This document shows, one piece after another, positions 37,566 to 47,734 of a DNA stretch of 64,000 bases (its first letter is position 1; every line of letters begins with the position of its first letter). Source of the DNA: Alphaproteobacteria bacterium (GTDB lineage Bacteria > Pseudomonadota > Alphaproteobacteria > UBA828); the NCBI GenBank assembly GCA_965237415.1, contig CBDEFM010000002.1, forward strand, positions 672,001-736,000, read 5' to 3'. The notes beneath the pieces were generated by a model. That model did not search any database. It was given only the letters and a program-made list of their open reading frames with translations, and was not told the DNA's origin. Position numbers and translations under genes: made by a program.

Positions 37566-38570
37566 CTAGCGGCCGATGTCCCGGAAGAAGCCGTCGATGA
37601 TGGCTTCGCCCTCATCGCCGAGCTCGGCCAGCGCCTCGGCCAGCATCGGCTCGGTCGCGGCCTGCATGTCGTCCAGCATCGCCGCCGACACCTCGGCCAT
37701 CGCCAACCCGCGCTCGTTCAGGATCTTCGATTTCGCCGCGTCCTCGGCCTTGCTGACCTGCCAGAACACGGGCTCCAGCATCCGGGCCACCGCCTCGATG
37801 GTCTCCCGCTGGCCTTCGGCGAGAGAATTCCAGGCATCGAGATTCACGGAGACCATGTTCGACGACCAGACGTGGCTCGTCGGGTACATGTGCGAGAGGA
37901 ACTCCCAGAACTTCCCGTCCACGCCGGAGCTCGCCGAGGTCGTGACGGCATCGATGGTTCCGGCCGCGAGCGATGGCACCACTTCGCCCCAGGGAAGCTG
38001 CACCGATGTCATGCCGATGCGGTTGAACATCTCGGTGGTCGTGCTGTTGTAAGTGCGGATCTTGATTCCGGCGAGGTCCGCGACGCCCTTGGCCTCCACC
38101 TTGGTGTACACGTATTGGCGCGGCCACGGTACGACGTAGAGAACCCTCTGGTTGTACGCCGCGGCCACCCTTTCGATGGCCGGGCGGAAATGCTTGTGGA
38201 AGATCGCGAGTTGATCGAGGTCCTCGATGAGGTACGGCTGCGTTTCCAGCCCGAGGATCTTGCGCTCTCCAACCTGCTGATTGAGGAGCATTTCGCCGAT
38301 GGGCACGAGCCCGTCGCCGACCGCGTTCAGCATCTCGGGTCCCTTGAAGCCCAGTGACCCGCCCGGGTGAATGTTGATGGTGACTTCGCCGCCGGTGACT
38401 TGCCCCACCACCTTGGCGAAGGTCTTGGCGTTCTCGACGTGGAAGTTGCCGTCGGGCCAGGCGAGGGGCAGGTCCCATTCGGTCTCGGCCAGAGCGGCGG
38501 TCGTCAGAGATGCGAAGAGCAGCGCAGCCGAGACGACTGCGGCAGTGGAGAGGCGCGCGGCGTGCAACAT
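37566..38570 (-). CDS. dctP: TRAP transporter substrate-binding protein DctP
   Basis: Signal peptide, WDLPLAWPDGNFH, HPGGSLG, DLAGIKIR, LPWGEVVPSLAAGTIDA. Confidence 0.88.
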   Translation of the reverse strand: MLHAARLSTAAVVSAALLFASLTTAALAETEWDLPLAWPDGNFHVENAKTFAKVVGQVTGGEVTINIHPGGSLGFKGPEMLNAVGDGLVPIGEMLLNQQVGERKILGLETQPYLIEDLDQLAIFHKHFRPAIERVAAAYNQRVLYVVPWPRQYVYTKVEAKGVADLAGIKIRTYNSTTTEMFNRIGMTSVQLPWGEVVPSLAAGTIDAVTTSASSGVDGKFWEFLSHMYPTSHVWSSNMVSVNLDAWNSLAEGQRETIEAVARMLEPVFWQVSKAEDAAKSKILNERGLAMAEVSAAMLDDMQAATEPMLAEALAELGDEGEAIIDGFFRDIGR

Positions 38571-38722
38571 GGCTCGATACCTCTTCGTGAATCCCGGTTC
38601 CCTGTCATGCGGGATTGTAGAAAGCGGAGCACGCGTCTGGATGTGAACGGCACCTCCATCAATCTATCAGCGGCCCTGCGGCTCTGTCAGCAGCGGCCGG
38701 GAACGTCACCCATGCGCCGCCG

Positions 38723-40129
38723 TCAGACCAGCAGCATCCCCGCAAGGCCGAGGAAGGCGAGGAAGCCCACGACATCGGTAACCGTGGTGAGCAGCACGCC
38801 TGCCGCCGTCGCCGGGTCGATCTTCAGCCGCCAGAGCGCAACCGGGATCACCAGCCCGAAGGAGCCGGCGACCAGCATGTTGATGATCATGGCGGCTCCG
38901 ATCACGATGCCGAGCGCGATGTTGTCGTACCAGGCCGCGGCGGCGACGCCGATGAGGAGGGCGAAGACGACGCCGTTGATCCCGCCGACCAGCACCTCCT
39001 TCCACAGCACCCTGAGCACGTTGGATGTCGTCAGGTCCTTGGTGGCGATGGCGCGCACCGCCACCGTCATGGTCTGCGTGCCGGCGTTGCCGCCCATGGA
39101 GGCGACGATCGGCATGAGGACCGCGAGCGCCACCATCTGATCGATCGTTCCATCGAACTGATAGATCACGAGCGACGCGAGGATCGCCGTGCCCAGATTC
39201 ACCAGCAGCCAAGTGAAGCGGCCGGTCGCGGTGCGCAGCGCGGCGCGGTAGATGTCCGGCTCCTGCACACCGCTGAGGCGCAGGATGTCCTCCTCCGCCT
39301 CCTCCTGGATAACGTCGACCACGTCGTCCACGGTGATGACGCCGATGAGGCGCCCGGACTCGCCGATCACGGGCGCCGATACGAGGTCGTACTGGTCGAA
39401 GACGTGGCCCACCTCCTCCTGATCGGTCTCGGCGGGGATCGCCTTGAGGTCCGTCGCCATGATGTCGCGCAGCTGGACCGGGCGCCGGGTGCGGAGCAGC
39501 CTGTGTAGCGGGATCCGCCCGATGGGCCGATGGCGAGGGTCGATGACGTAGATCTCGTAGAAGTCGTCCGGCATGTCGCCGCCGGTCTCGCGCATGTGGT
39601 CGATGGTCTGGCCCACGGTCCAGAAAGCCGGCAGCGACACCACCTCGCGCTGCATGAGGCGGCCGGCGCTGTCCTCGGGGTAGGTCAGGCTTTCCGTGAC
39701 ACCGGCCCGCTCCTCGCTCGAGATCGCGTCGAGAATCTCCTTGCGCTGCGGGTCGTCCAGGTCCTCGAGCACGGCGACGGCGTCGTCGCTCTCCATGTCT
39801 GCGATCGCCTCGGCGGCCCGCTCCGCGCCGATCTCCCCGATCAGCTCCTCGCGGATCTCGTCCCCGACATGGGGGAGCACGTCGCCGCTCAGCACATCGT
39901 GGGCGATGGCGATGAGACGGCGGCGCTCGCCGGCGCGGAACCTCTCGATCAGATCGGCAACGTCGGCCTCGTGCAGGGGCGCGACCAGGGCACGGACGCG
40001 GTCGCCGTCGGAATCCGCCAACGCCACGCGCACGGCGCCGACAAGCTCTATCGTGAGACCGTAGAGACCCTCGCGCCCGCCCCGTTCGGCCGCGGCGCCG
40101 ATCTCGGGCGGCAGGTCGGGCCGCGCCAC
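38723..40129 (-). CDS. mgtE: Magnesium transporter MgtE
   Basis: LHEADVAD, YPEDSAGRLM, CBS pair, ITVDD, MPIVASMGGNAGTQT, DPATA..TTVTDVVG. Confidence 0.95.
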   Translation of the reverse strand: MARPDLPPEIGAAAERGGREGLYGLTIELVGAVRVALADSDGDRVRALVAPLHEADVADLIERFRAGERRRLIAIAHDVLSGDVLPHVGDEIREELIGEIGAERAAEAIADMESDDAVAVLEDLDDPQRKEILDAISSEERAGVTESLTYPEDSAGRLMQREVVSLPAFWTVGQTIDHMRETGGDMPDDFYEIYVIDPRHRPIGRIPLHRLLRTRRPVQLRDIMATDLKAIPAETDQEEVGHVFDQYDLVSAPVIGESGRLIGVITVDDVVDVIQEEAEEDILRLSGVQEPDIYRAALRTATGRFTWLLVNLGTAILASLVIYQFDGTIDQMVALAVLMPIVASMGGNAGTQTMTVAVRAIATKDLTTSNVLRVLWKEVLVGGINGVVFALLIGVAAAAWYDNIALGIVIGAAMIINMLVAGSFGLVIPVALWRLKIDPATAAGVLLTTVTDVVGFLAFLGLAGMLLV

Positions 40130-40140
40130 TGTGTCCTCGT

Positions 40141-42447
40141 TCAGCCCGCCGTGTCGGCGGCGGTTGCCACGTCGCTCTCCCCCGCCCGGCTTTGCGCCTC
40201 GACGGCGGCGACGGCGGTCATGTTGAGCACGCCGCGGGTGGTGGCCGACCCATGCAGCACGTAGGCCGGCGCAGCCAGCCCAAGGAGGATCGGGCCGACG
40301 GAGATGCCGTCGGCCAGCACCTTGAGCATGCCGTAGGCGATGTTGGCCGAGGTCAGGTCGGGCAGGATCAGAGTATTGGCTTGGCCGGTAAGTCGGGAGT
40401 TGGGGAACATCTCGGCGCGGATCGCCTCATCGAGCGCGGCGTCGGCGTTCATCTCGCCCTCGGCCTCCAGCTCGGGCGCCCTCTGGTGAAGCAGGTGCAT
40501 CGCCTCGCGCATCTTCACCGACGCCGCGAGGTCGTTGCTGCCGAAGTTGGAGGCGGAGAGCAGCGCGATCTTCGGCGTCATGCCGAAGCGCCGGACCTGC
40601 TCGGCGACCAGCATGGTCGACTGGCAGAGTTGCGACGGAGTCGGGTCCTCGGTGATATCCGTGTCGGCGATGAAGAAGATGCCCTTGGTCAGGATCAGGA
40701 CCCTGAGCGCCGCCGCAGTGGCGACACCGGCTCGGAGTCCGATCACGTCGAGCACGTGCAGAAGCTCCGCGCGGAACGGCGTCGCCGGGCCGGCCAACAT
40801 CGCGTCGGCGTCGCCGCAACGCACCATCATCGAGGCGATCACCGTGGGTTGCGTGCGGAGCGCTCTGCGCGCCGCCGCCGGCGCGGCTCCGCGACGCCCC
40901 ATCAACTCGTGATAGAGCCGGCAATAGGCGTCATATTTCTCGTAGTGCTCCGGATCGACGACCTCGACGTCCGTGCCCGGCTGAAGCCGGAGCGAGAGCC
41001 GTTCGATCCGCTCCTCGATGCGGGACGGCCGCCCGATCAGGATCGGCCGCGCGATGCCCTCGTCGATGGCTTGCTGGGCGGCGCGCAGCACACGCTCGTT
41101 CTCGCCGGCAGCGTAGACCACCCTTTGCGGGTCCTGCTTGGCCTGATCGAACACCACCTTCATCAAGTAGCCGGTGCGGAATACGAGGCCCGCGAGCTCT
41201 GCCCGATAGGCCGCGAGGTCGGCGATCGGCCGGCCCGCGACTCCGCTCGCCATCGCCGCCTCGATCACGGCGATCGGCACGGTCTCGATCAGGCGCGGGT
41301 CGAAGGGCTTTGGGATGATGTAGTCGGGGCCGAATTTCTGCGACTGGTCGCCATAGGCCGCGGCCACGACGTCGGAGGATTCGGCGGTCGCCAGGTCGGC
41401 AATCGCGCGCACGCAGGCGAGCTTCATCGCCGTGTTGATCTCGGTCGCTCCGCAATCGAGCGCGCCGCGAAAGATGAACGGGAAGCAGAGCACGTTGTTG
41501 ACCTGGTTCGGATAGTCGGAGCGCCCGGTCGCGATGATCGCGTCGGGCCGCGCGGCGAGCGCATCCTCGGGCATGATCTCGGGTGTCGGGTTCGCGAGCG
41601 CGAGGATGATGGGCTTCGGGCCCATGCTCCGCACCATCGCCTGGCTCATGGTACCGGGGCCTGAGAGGCCGAGGAAGATGTCGGCGCCCGCGATCGCGTC
41701 GTCGAGCGTGCGTGCGTCGGTGTCGAGCGCGTAGCGCTTCTTTTGCTCGTTCAGGTCCGTCCGGCCCGCGTGTACGACGCCCTTGCGGTCGCATACCGAG
41801 ATGTTGTGTTGCGTGACGCCGAGCTCGCGCAGGAGGTCGAGGCAGGCGATGGCTGCGGCCCCTGCGCCCGAGCACACAACCCGAACCGCATCTGGCGTCT
41901 TGCCGACGATCCGGAGCGCGTTGAGCGCGGCGGCTGCCACGCAGATCGCGGTGCCGTGCTGATCGTCGTGGAACACTGGGATGTTGAGGCGCTCCCTGAG
42001 GCGACGCTCGACCTCGAAGCACTCGGGAGCCTTGATGTCCTCGAGGTTGATTGCGCCGAAGGTCGGCTCCAGGCGGGCGATGGTCTCTACCAGCGCGTCG
42101 ACGTCGCCTTCGTCGACCTCGATGTCGAAGACGTCGATGTTGGCGAACTTCTTGAAGAGGACCGCCTTGCCCTCCATCACCGGCTTCGAAGCGAGGGCGC
42201 CGATGGAGCCGAGGCCCAGCACCGCGCTGCCGTTGCTGATCACCGCGACCAGATTGGCTCGGACGGTGTAGTCCCAGGCCCGTGCCGGGTCCTTCGCGAT
42301 CTCCTCGCAGGCCGCGGCCACGCCCGGGCTGTAGGCAAGCGCCAGATCGCGCTGCGTGCTCATGCGCTTGGTGGCATGGATGCCGAGCTTGCCCGGCTTG
42401 GGCTTGCGGTGATAGTCGAGCGCCGCTTGACGCAGGTCTTCCGCCAT
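40141..42447 (-). CDS. maeB: NADP-dependent malic enzyme with phosphotransacetylase-like domain
   Basis: [56 protein letters not shown]-terminal PTA-like domain ([16 protein letters not shown]). Confidence 0.95.
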   Translation of the reverse strand: MAEDLRQAALDYHRKPKPGKLGIHATKRMSTQRDLALAYSPGVAAACEEIAKDPARAWDYTVRANLVAVISNGSAVLGLGSIGALASKPVMEGKAVLFKKFANIDVFDIEVDEGDVDALVETIARLEPTFGAINLEDIKAPECFEVERRLRERLNIPVFHDDQHGTAICVAAAALNALRIVGKTPDAVRVVCSGAGAAAIACLDLLRELGVTQHNISVCDRKGVVHAGRTDLNEQKKRYALDTDARTLDDAIAGADIFLGLSGPGTMSQAMVRSMGPKPIILALANPTPEIMPEDALAARPDAIIATGRSDYPNQVNNVLCFPFIFRGALDCGATEINTAMKLACVRAIADLATAESSDVVAAAYGDQSQKFGPDYIIPKPFDPRLIETVPIAVIEAAMASGVAGRPIADLAAYRAELAGLVFRTGYLMKVVFDQAKQDPQRVVYAAGENERVLRAAQQAIDEGIARPILIGRPSRIEERIERLSLRLQPGTDVEVVDPEHYEKYDAYCRLYHELMGRRGAAPAAARRALRTQPTVIASMMVRCGDADAMLAGPATPFRAELLHVLDVIGLRAGVATAAALRVLILTKGIFFIADTDITEDPTPSQLCQSTMLVAEQVRRFGMTPKIALLSASNFGSNDLAASVKMREAMHLLHQRAPELEAEGEMNADAALDEAIRAEMFPNSRLTGQANTLILPDLTSANIAYGMLKVLADGISVGPILLGLAAPAYVLHGSATTRGVLNMTAVAAVEAQSRAGESDVATAADTAG

Positions 42448-42606
42448 GGCCTGCCCCTTCTTCGATTCCGCTGCGCCGTGCCGCCGGGACTTTGGTCGCA
42501 ACGTTTCTCGATAGCAAACAGAATCGGTTGCCAGCCTGCATCATTCGCGCGCGCCGGTGTAAGATCGTTGGTTTACGGCACGCGACGCCGGCAAAGGGAG
42601 GCGGTC

Positions 42607-43452
42607 ATGGCATTCACGGAGGTCAACGGCGCCAGGCTCTGGTACGAGGCGACGGGGGACGGCGCGCCCGTGGTTCACATCCACGGCGCAGGCTTCGGTC
42701 ACTTCAACTTCGCCACCGCGACGCCGATCGCGTCGAAATACTTTCGCTGTATCGATTTTGATATGCGCGGCTACGGGGAATCCGACAAACCGATCCAGTT
42801 CTACGACATGGGGGTGTGGGCCGATGATGTGGCCGGCCTCATGGACGCTCTCGGCATCGAGCGCGCCCATATCCACGGCACCTCCATGGGCGGGATGATC
42901 GCGCAGGTCTTCGGCGCGAAGTATGCCGACCGGACGGACCGGCTCGTCATCAATTGCTCGGCCGCCAAGCTCGACCTGGCTGGCCGCCTTACCTTCCAGA
43001 ACTGGATCGACATCTCGGAGGCCTATGGCTGCGGCAGCCGCACCTTGGCCCAACTCATCGCGGTCCAGGCGCTGTCGCGGAAATTCCTCGACGGGCCGGA
43101 CGGCCCTGGCGCGGTCGACATGATCCAGGACATTCTGGAGCGCTCAAACCGCAGAGAGGTCTACCAGCGGGCCTGCCGCGCGATGATGGAGATGGACCTC
43201 AGGCCCTACGCCGCTGAGATCAAGGCGCCGACGCTCGTGATCGGCGGCGACGAAGACATCATGACGCCGTGGGAGGTGGGCGAGACCGGCGCCGGGCAGA
43301 CCTGGCTCGCCGAGAACATCCCGAACGCCATCAAGCACGTGATCCGGGGCTCGAACCACTCGACTCTCTTCGACAACACCGAGGAGAACATGCGGGTGGT
43401 GGTCAACTTCCTCAGCGGCCGCAACGACCTCCTCGCGCCTCTGGAGGACTGA
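42607..43452 (+). CDS. Alpha/beta-fold hydrolase (enol-lactonase-like)
   Basis: HIHGAG, DMRGYGES, GTSMGG, GDEDIMTP, SNHST. RBS GGGAGG upstream. Confidence 0.85.
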   Translation: MAFTEVNGARLWYEATGDGAPVVHIHGAGFGHFNFATATPIASKYFRCIDFDMRGYGESDKPIQFYDMGVWADDVAGLMDALGIERAHIHGTSMGGMIAQVFGAKYADRTDRLVINCSAAKLDLAGRLTFQNWIDISEAYGCGSRTLAQLIAVQALSRKFLDGPDGPGAVDMIQDILERSNRREVYQRACRAMMEMDLRPYAAEIKAPTLVIGGDEDIMTPWEVGETGAGQTWLAENIPNAIKHVIRGSNHSTLFDNTEENMRVVVNFLSGRNDLLAPLED

Positions 43453-43465
43453 CGCGCCGACGGAT

Positions 43466-44077
43466 TCAGCCGCCAAGCGCTGCCGCAGCCTCGTCGCAGG
43501 TGACCCGCTCGGCGATGTTCTCCAGCGCGAAGTTGAGGCCGGCGTTGTGCCACTCGTCGTTGATGGTCGAGGTTCCGTCCGTGAGGACGACGGCGCGGTA
43601 ACCCGCGTCGGCGCCGTGGCGGGCGGTGTGCTCGATCGAGAAGTTGGTCCACGCGCCGGAGATCACGATGGTGTCCACGCCGAGCCCCTTGAGGATCGTC
43701 TCGAGGTGGGTGTCGTGGAACGCGTTCATGCGCATCTTCTCGACCACCAGATCGCCCGTCTGAGGTTCGAGCCCGGCCACCGCCGCGGCACCCCAGGTGC
43801 CGCGCACCAGCGCCTTGGCCTCGGCGACGCTCTGGAAGAGCGGCGCGTTAAGCTTCAGTCCAGGTGCGCCTTCCTCGACGATGTAGTGGACGTGGATGAC
43901 CGCCATGCCGGCCTTGCGCGCGGCCGCGGCGAGGGATTTCACGTTCTCCACCACGTTCTGCGACTGGGCATGGGCGGGCGCGCCCGAATCGGCGAAGGCG
44001 CCGCCTTCTGCGATCACGTCGTTCTGCAGGTCCTGGATGATGAGCGCGCTGCGCGCAGGGTCCAGTTCGAAGGCCAT
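43466..44077 (-). CDS. Isochorismatase/cysteine-hydrolase family protein (Ser at the nucleophile position)
   Basis: ALIIQDLQND, VEKMRMNAF, SGAWTNFSIEHTARHGADAGY. Confidence 0.85.
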   Translation of the reverse strand: MAFELDPARSALIIQDLQNDVIAEGGAFADSGAPAHAQSQNVVENVKSLAAAARKAGMAVIHVHYIVEEGAPGLKLNAPLFQSVAEAKALVRGTWGAAAVAGLEPQTGDLVVEKMRMNAFHDTHLETILKGLGVDTIVISGAWTNFSIEHTARHGADAGYRAVVLTDGTSTINDEWHNAGLNFALENIAERVTCDEAAAALGG

Positions 44078-44087
44078 GGGTCCTCTC

Positions 44088-44984
44088 CTACATATAGCTC
44101 AGGCGATTGCCGGCGACCTTGAGCGCGACCCGATAGACCGAGGTCGAGCAGGTGCAGTAGAGCTCGTTCCACCCGCTGCCGCCCCAGTTGAGGTTGGCGG
44201 AGTGCTCCGGCATTCCGATGCCGCCAAGATGTTCGCCGTCCGGCGCGAAGACCCAGAAGCCGCGCGGGCCGGTGACGTAGACGTTGCCCTGCTCGTCGCA
44301 CTTCATGCCGTCGACCACGCCGTTCTCCAGCACGCCGTCGCCGATATTCTCGGCGAACATGCGCCCGTTGGAGAGCGAGCCGTCGGCGCCCACGTCGAAC
44401 ACCCGGATGTGGGCGCGCGTGGTGTCGTTAATGTAGAGGATGCTCTCGTCCGGCGAGAAGCAGAGGCCGTTCGGCTGGTCGAAGTCATCGACCTCGCAGT
44501 GAAGCGCGCCGTCGGGCGCGATGCGGAAGACCGCCTGGAAACCGAGCTCCCGCTCGCGCTCCAGGCCGAAGACCGGCATGCGGCCGTACCACGGATCGGA
44601 GAAGTAGACCGAGCCGTCGGACTTCACGATCACGTCGTTGGGGCTGTTCAGCTCCTTGCCGTTGTAGTGCGAGGCGAGAACCTGGCGCTCGCCGGACGGC
44701 GTCTCGCGGATCAGCGCGCTGGTCACGTGCTCGCAGATGTAAAGGTTGAGATCGGCATCCAGCGTCATGCCGTTGCCCTTGTCGTTGGGGTGGCGCACGT
44801 CGCTCGCGCCATCCGCCGCGCTCCAGCGCCGGCGCGTATCCGCCGGGATGTCGCTGAAATAGAGGCATTGCTCGCGGGGGTGCCAGATCGGCCCCTCGGT
44901 GAACTGGAAGCCCGTGCAAATCTGGTCGATGGTTGCATCCTCGGCCACGAGATCCAGCAGCCGCGGTGAATTGACCTCGATCAT
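44088..44984 (-). CDS. SMP-30/gluconolactonase family lactonase
   Basis: FTEGPIW, FSDIP, LNSPND, FSDPWYG, PNGLCFSPDE, DGMKCD. Confidence 0.9.
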   Translation of the reverse strand: MIEVNSPRLLDLVAEDATIDQICTGFQFTEGPIWHPREQCLYFSDIPADTRRRWSAADGASDVRHPNDKGNGMTLDADLNLYICEHVTSALIRETPSGERQVLASHYNGKELNSPNDVIVKSDGSVYFSDPWYGRMPVFGLERERELGFQAVFRIAPDGALHCEVDDFDQPNGLCFSPDESILYINDTTRAHIRVFDVGADGSLSNGRMFAENIGDGVLENGVVDGMKCDEQGNVYVTGPRGFWVFAPDGEHLGGIGMPEHSANLNWGGSGWNELYCTCSTSVYRVALKVAGNRLSYM

Positions 44985-45062
44985 CCCCTTCTCTCCCTTT
45001 GCGACAACGCGCCTCGCCTACGTCCGGCGGCGGGGCGATCCTATCACGGTGCGGGCCGGATG

Positions 45063-45467
45063 CTATGCGGCACCGGCACCGACGATGGCATCGGCATCGA
45101 CCTCGACCAGCATCTCCGGCGAGACCAGCGCCGAGACCTCCACCAGCGTGGAGCACGGGAAGTTGCCGGTGAAAAACTCCCGCCGCGCCGCAAGGAAGGC
45201 CGGGCGGTCGCGTTCCAGATTCGAAAGATACACCCGCATCCGCACCACGTCGGAGAGGCTGCCGCCGGCGGCTTCGAGATAGTGCCGGATGCTGCGGAAG
45301 ATGATGCGCGACTGCTCGCCCGGATCGCCCACCGCGAGCACGTTGAAGTCCGCGTCCACCGCCACGAGCCCCGCGACATAGACGTTGTTGCCGTGGCGCA
45401 GGCAGTTGGACCAGAGGCCGGGCGCCGGCTCGGCCACATGGGGCGTCAGTACGCGTTCGATCGCCAT
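45063..45467 (-). CDS. RidA/YjgF family protein
   Basis: VYVAG, LEAAGGSLSDVV, RREFF, PCSTLVEVSAL, LVEVDA. Confidence 0.85.
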   Translation of the reverse strand: MAIERVLTPHVAEPAPGLWSNCLRHGNNVYVAGLVAVDADFNVLAVGDPGEQSRIIFRSIRHYLEAAGGSLSDVVRMRVYLSNLERDRPAFLAARREFFTGNFPCSTLVEVSALVSPEMLVEVDADAIVGAGAA

Positions 45468-45522
45468 CGTCGCTCCTTCCCTATCTTGTCGTCTCGTCGC
45501 GGCGGGCGGCGCTGCGGGCCGG

Positions 45523-46407
45523 CTAGAGTCGGTACAGCCGCCGCGCGGTGCCGCCGAATATCGCCTCCTGCGCCGCCGGGCTCAAATGGGCCAGCGCGCG
45601 GCGGTAGGCTTGGATGAGGCTCGCATAGTCGGTCCACAGCTTCTCGATCGGGAAGTTGCTGCCCCAGAGGCAGCGCTCGGGCCCGAAGAGCGCGACGGTC
45701 TCCTGCACCGTGCGCTCGATATGGGCCTGGTCGAGCCGATGGATGAAGGTGCCGAGCCCCGACAGTTTGACGTGGACGCTGGGCACGGCGGCGAGCCTTT
45801 CCATTCCCTCGCGCCAGGCGCGCCAGCCCTCTGGCGTCAGGTCCTCGGGCATCCCGCAATGGGCGAGCACCATCGGCACGTTGGGGAACGCCTCGGCGAA
45901 GGCGGCGCCGTCCTCTATCTGCGGGGTGAAGACCTGAAGCTCGAAGACGAGATCCTGCTCCGCCAGCATCCCGAAGTGTCGCCGCAGCGCCGCGTCGTTC
46001 ATCACCGCGGGCCCGTCGGCGAAGCGGTATTGTTCGTTCTCGTGCCAATGGAGCTGCATGCGGATGCCACGCAGCAGCGGGTATTGGGCCTGGGCTTTGA
46101 GCACCGCACCAACATCCGGGTCGCGCAAGTCGGCGTAACCGACGATAGCGTGGGGGTAGCCGGTGCGGTCGGCCTCGGCCTGCACCCGCGCCACCTCGTC
46201 GACGGCCCGTGCGGGCGCCCAGTTGGCCTGCACATAGATCGACTGCGCAATACCGCTGCCCTCGATGTCGCCCAGATATTCCTCGATGGCATAGTCCCGC
46301 CGGATCGGCTCATAGGGGCCGAAGATGCGCGGCAGCATCGGCCCCTCGAGCCACGGCAGGTCGCGCTGGCGCCAGATGTGGTGGTGGGAGTCGACGATCC
46401 GGTCCAT
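45523..46407 (-). CDS. Amidohydrolase_2 family protein (lactonase-like)
   Basis: IVDSHHHIW, RGIR, LAHCGMP, VKLSG, FGPERCLWGSNFP. Confidence 0.85.
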   Translation of the reverse strand: MDRIVDSHHHIWRQRDLPWLEGPMLPRIFGPYEPIRRDYAIEEYLGDIEGSGIAQSIYVQANWAPARAVDEVARVQAEADRTGYPHAIVGYADLRDPDVGAVLKAQAQYPLLRGIRMQLHWHENEQYRFADGPAVMNDAALRRHFGMLAEQDLVFELQVFTPQIEDGAAFAEAFPNVPMVLAHCGMPEDLTPEGWRAWREGMERLAAVPSVHVKLSGLGTFIHRLDQAHIERTVQETVALFGPERCLWGSNFPIEKLWTDYASLIQAYRRALAHLSPAAQEAIFGGTARRLYRL

Positions 46408-46508
46408 AGTGGACCGCATGGTGGCCCGAGACGGCTGCCGGCGCCAGGACGGGGAATGGGCGCCCGATGAAGGTTGACGGCAGTTTCGGGCGGGCTTAGT
46501 TCGGTTAG

Positions 46509-46769
46509 ATGCGCACGGTCAACATCAGCCACGCGAAGACCCATCTGTCGCGCCTCGTCGAGGAGGCGGCCGGCGGCGAGGAGATCGTCATCGCCAAGCA
46601 CAACCGGCCGGTGGCGCGCCTAGTCGCGCTGGAACCCTCGACGCGCCCGCGCGAACCCGGCGGCTGGGAGGGAAAGGTCTGGATAGCCGACGACTTCGAC
46701 GCACCACTCCCAAAGGAGTTGGAGGACGCGTTCTATGGCGGCGATGGCGGCGATCCGTCTGACGCTTGA
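46509..46769 (+). CDS. Phd/YefM family antitoxin
   Basis: VNISHAKTHLSRLVEEAAGGEEIVIAKHNRPVARLV, C-terminal IADDFDAPLP typical of VapC-associated Phd antitoxins. Confidence 0.9.
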   Translation: MRTVNISHAKTHLSRLVEEAAGGEEIVIAKHNRPVARLVALEPSTRPREPGGWEGKVWIADDFDAPLPKELEDAFYGGDGGDPSDA

Positions 46770-46845
46770 TGCCCGCGCACTCCTTTGGAGGCGTGGCTGC
46801 CGGCCGACACATGACGCCTCGATGCCAAGAGAGGTAATTCCATGA
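46744..46845 (+). pseudogene. Remnant of a VapC/PIN toxin N-terminus
   Basis: Overlapping frame MAAIRLTLDARALLW resembles the PIN start RLLLDTHALLW, then degenerates and stops after 33 codons. Confidence 0.6.
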
Positions 46846-47594
46846 ACAAAATCGACTTGGAAGGCCGGCGGGCCATCGTGACCGGCGGCGCCCAGGGGCT
46901 CGGGCGCGCGATCGGCGAGCGGCTGCAGGCCTCCGGCGCCGCCGTCTACGTCTGGGATTTCGACCCCGCCGCCATGGCGGAGGCGCAGGCGGACTGGCCG
47001 GACGGCGGCCCGGCAGGATGGTTCGAGGTCGATGTCTCGGATGCGGATGCTGTCGAGGCGGCGCTTCGGGAGACCCAGGCGAGCGCCGGCGGCATAGACA
47101 TCCTGGTCAACAACGCCGGCATCTCCGGCCCCAACATGCCGACCTGGGAGTACCCCGTGGACGACTGGCGCCGGGTGATCGATATCGATCTCAACGGCCC
47201 CTACCTGGTGTGCCGCGCGGTGGTGCCGCTGATGCGGGACGCTGGCTGGGGGCGCATCGTCAACATCGCCTCGGTGGCCGGCAAGGAGGGTAACCCCAAC
47301 GCACCCGCCTATAGCGCGGCCAAGGGTGGGCTGATCGCGCTCACCAAGAGCCTCGGCAAGGAGCTCGCCGGCAGCGGGGTGCTGGTCAATTGTGTCACGC
47401 CAGCGGCGGTGGAGACCCGCATTTTCGCCCAGATGACGCAGACCCATATCGACATGATGAAGTCGAAAATCCCGCTCGGGCGCTTCGGCCTGCCGCAGGA
47501 GATCGCGGCCATGGTCGCCTGGCTCTGCTCCGAGGATTGTTCGTTCTCGACCGGGGGCGTGTTCGACCTTTCCGGCGGCCGCGCGACCTATTGA
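46842..47594 (+). CDS. SDR family NAD(P)-dependent oxidoreductase
   Basis: TGGAQGLG, LVNNAG, NIAS, YSAAK, FDLSGG. Confidence 0.9.
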   Translation: MNKIDLEGRRAIVTGGAQGLGRAIGERLQASGAAVYVWDFDPAAMAEAQADWPDGGPAGWFEVDVSDADAVEAALRETQASAGGIDILVNNAGISGPNMPTWEYPVDDWRRVIDIDLNGPYLVCRAVVPLMRDAGWGRIVNIASVAGKEGNPNAPAYSAAKGGLIALTKSLGKELAGSGVLVNCVTPAAVETRIFAQMTQTHIDMMKSKIPLGRFGLPQEIAAMVAWLCSEDCSFSTGGVFDLSGGRATY

Positions 47595-47734
47595 CCGCGC
47601 GCGCCTCGTCGCAGTGAGCGCGCGACGTATTAGCCGCGCGACTGACGCACCAGGATCAGGTTGACCGGCCCCACCGGCGCTCCCACACTCGCCGCGCCGC
47701 GGGGGCGATCGCGCCCAACGACGAGAGGGAGACC

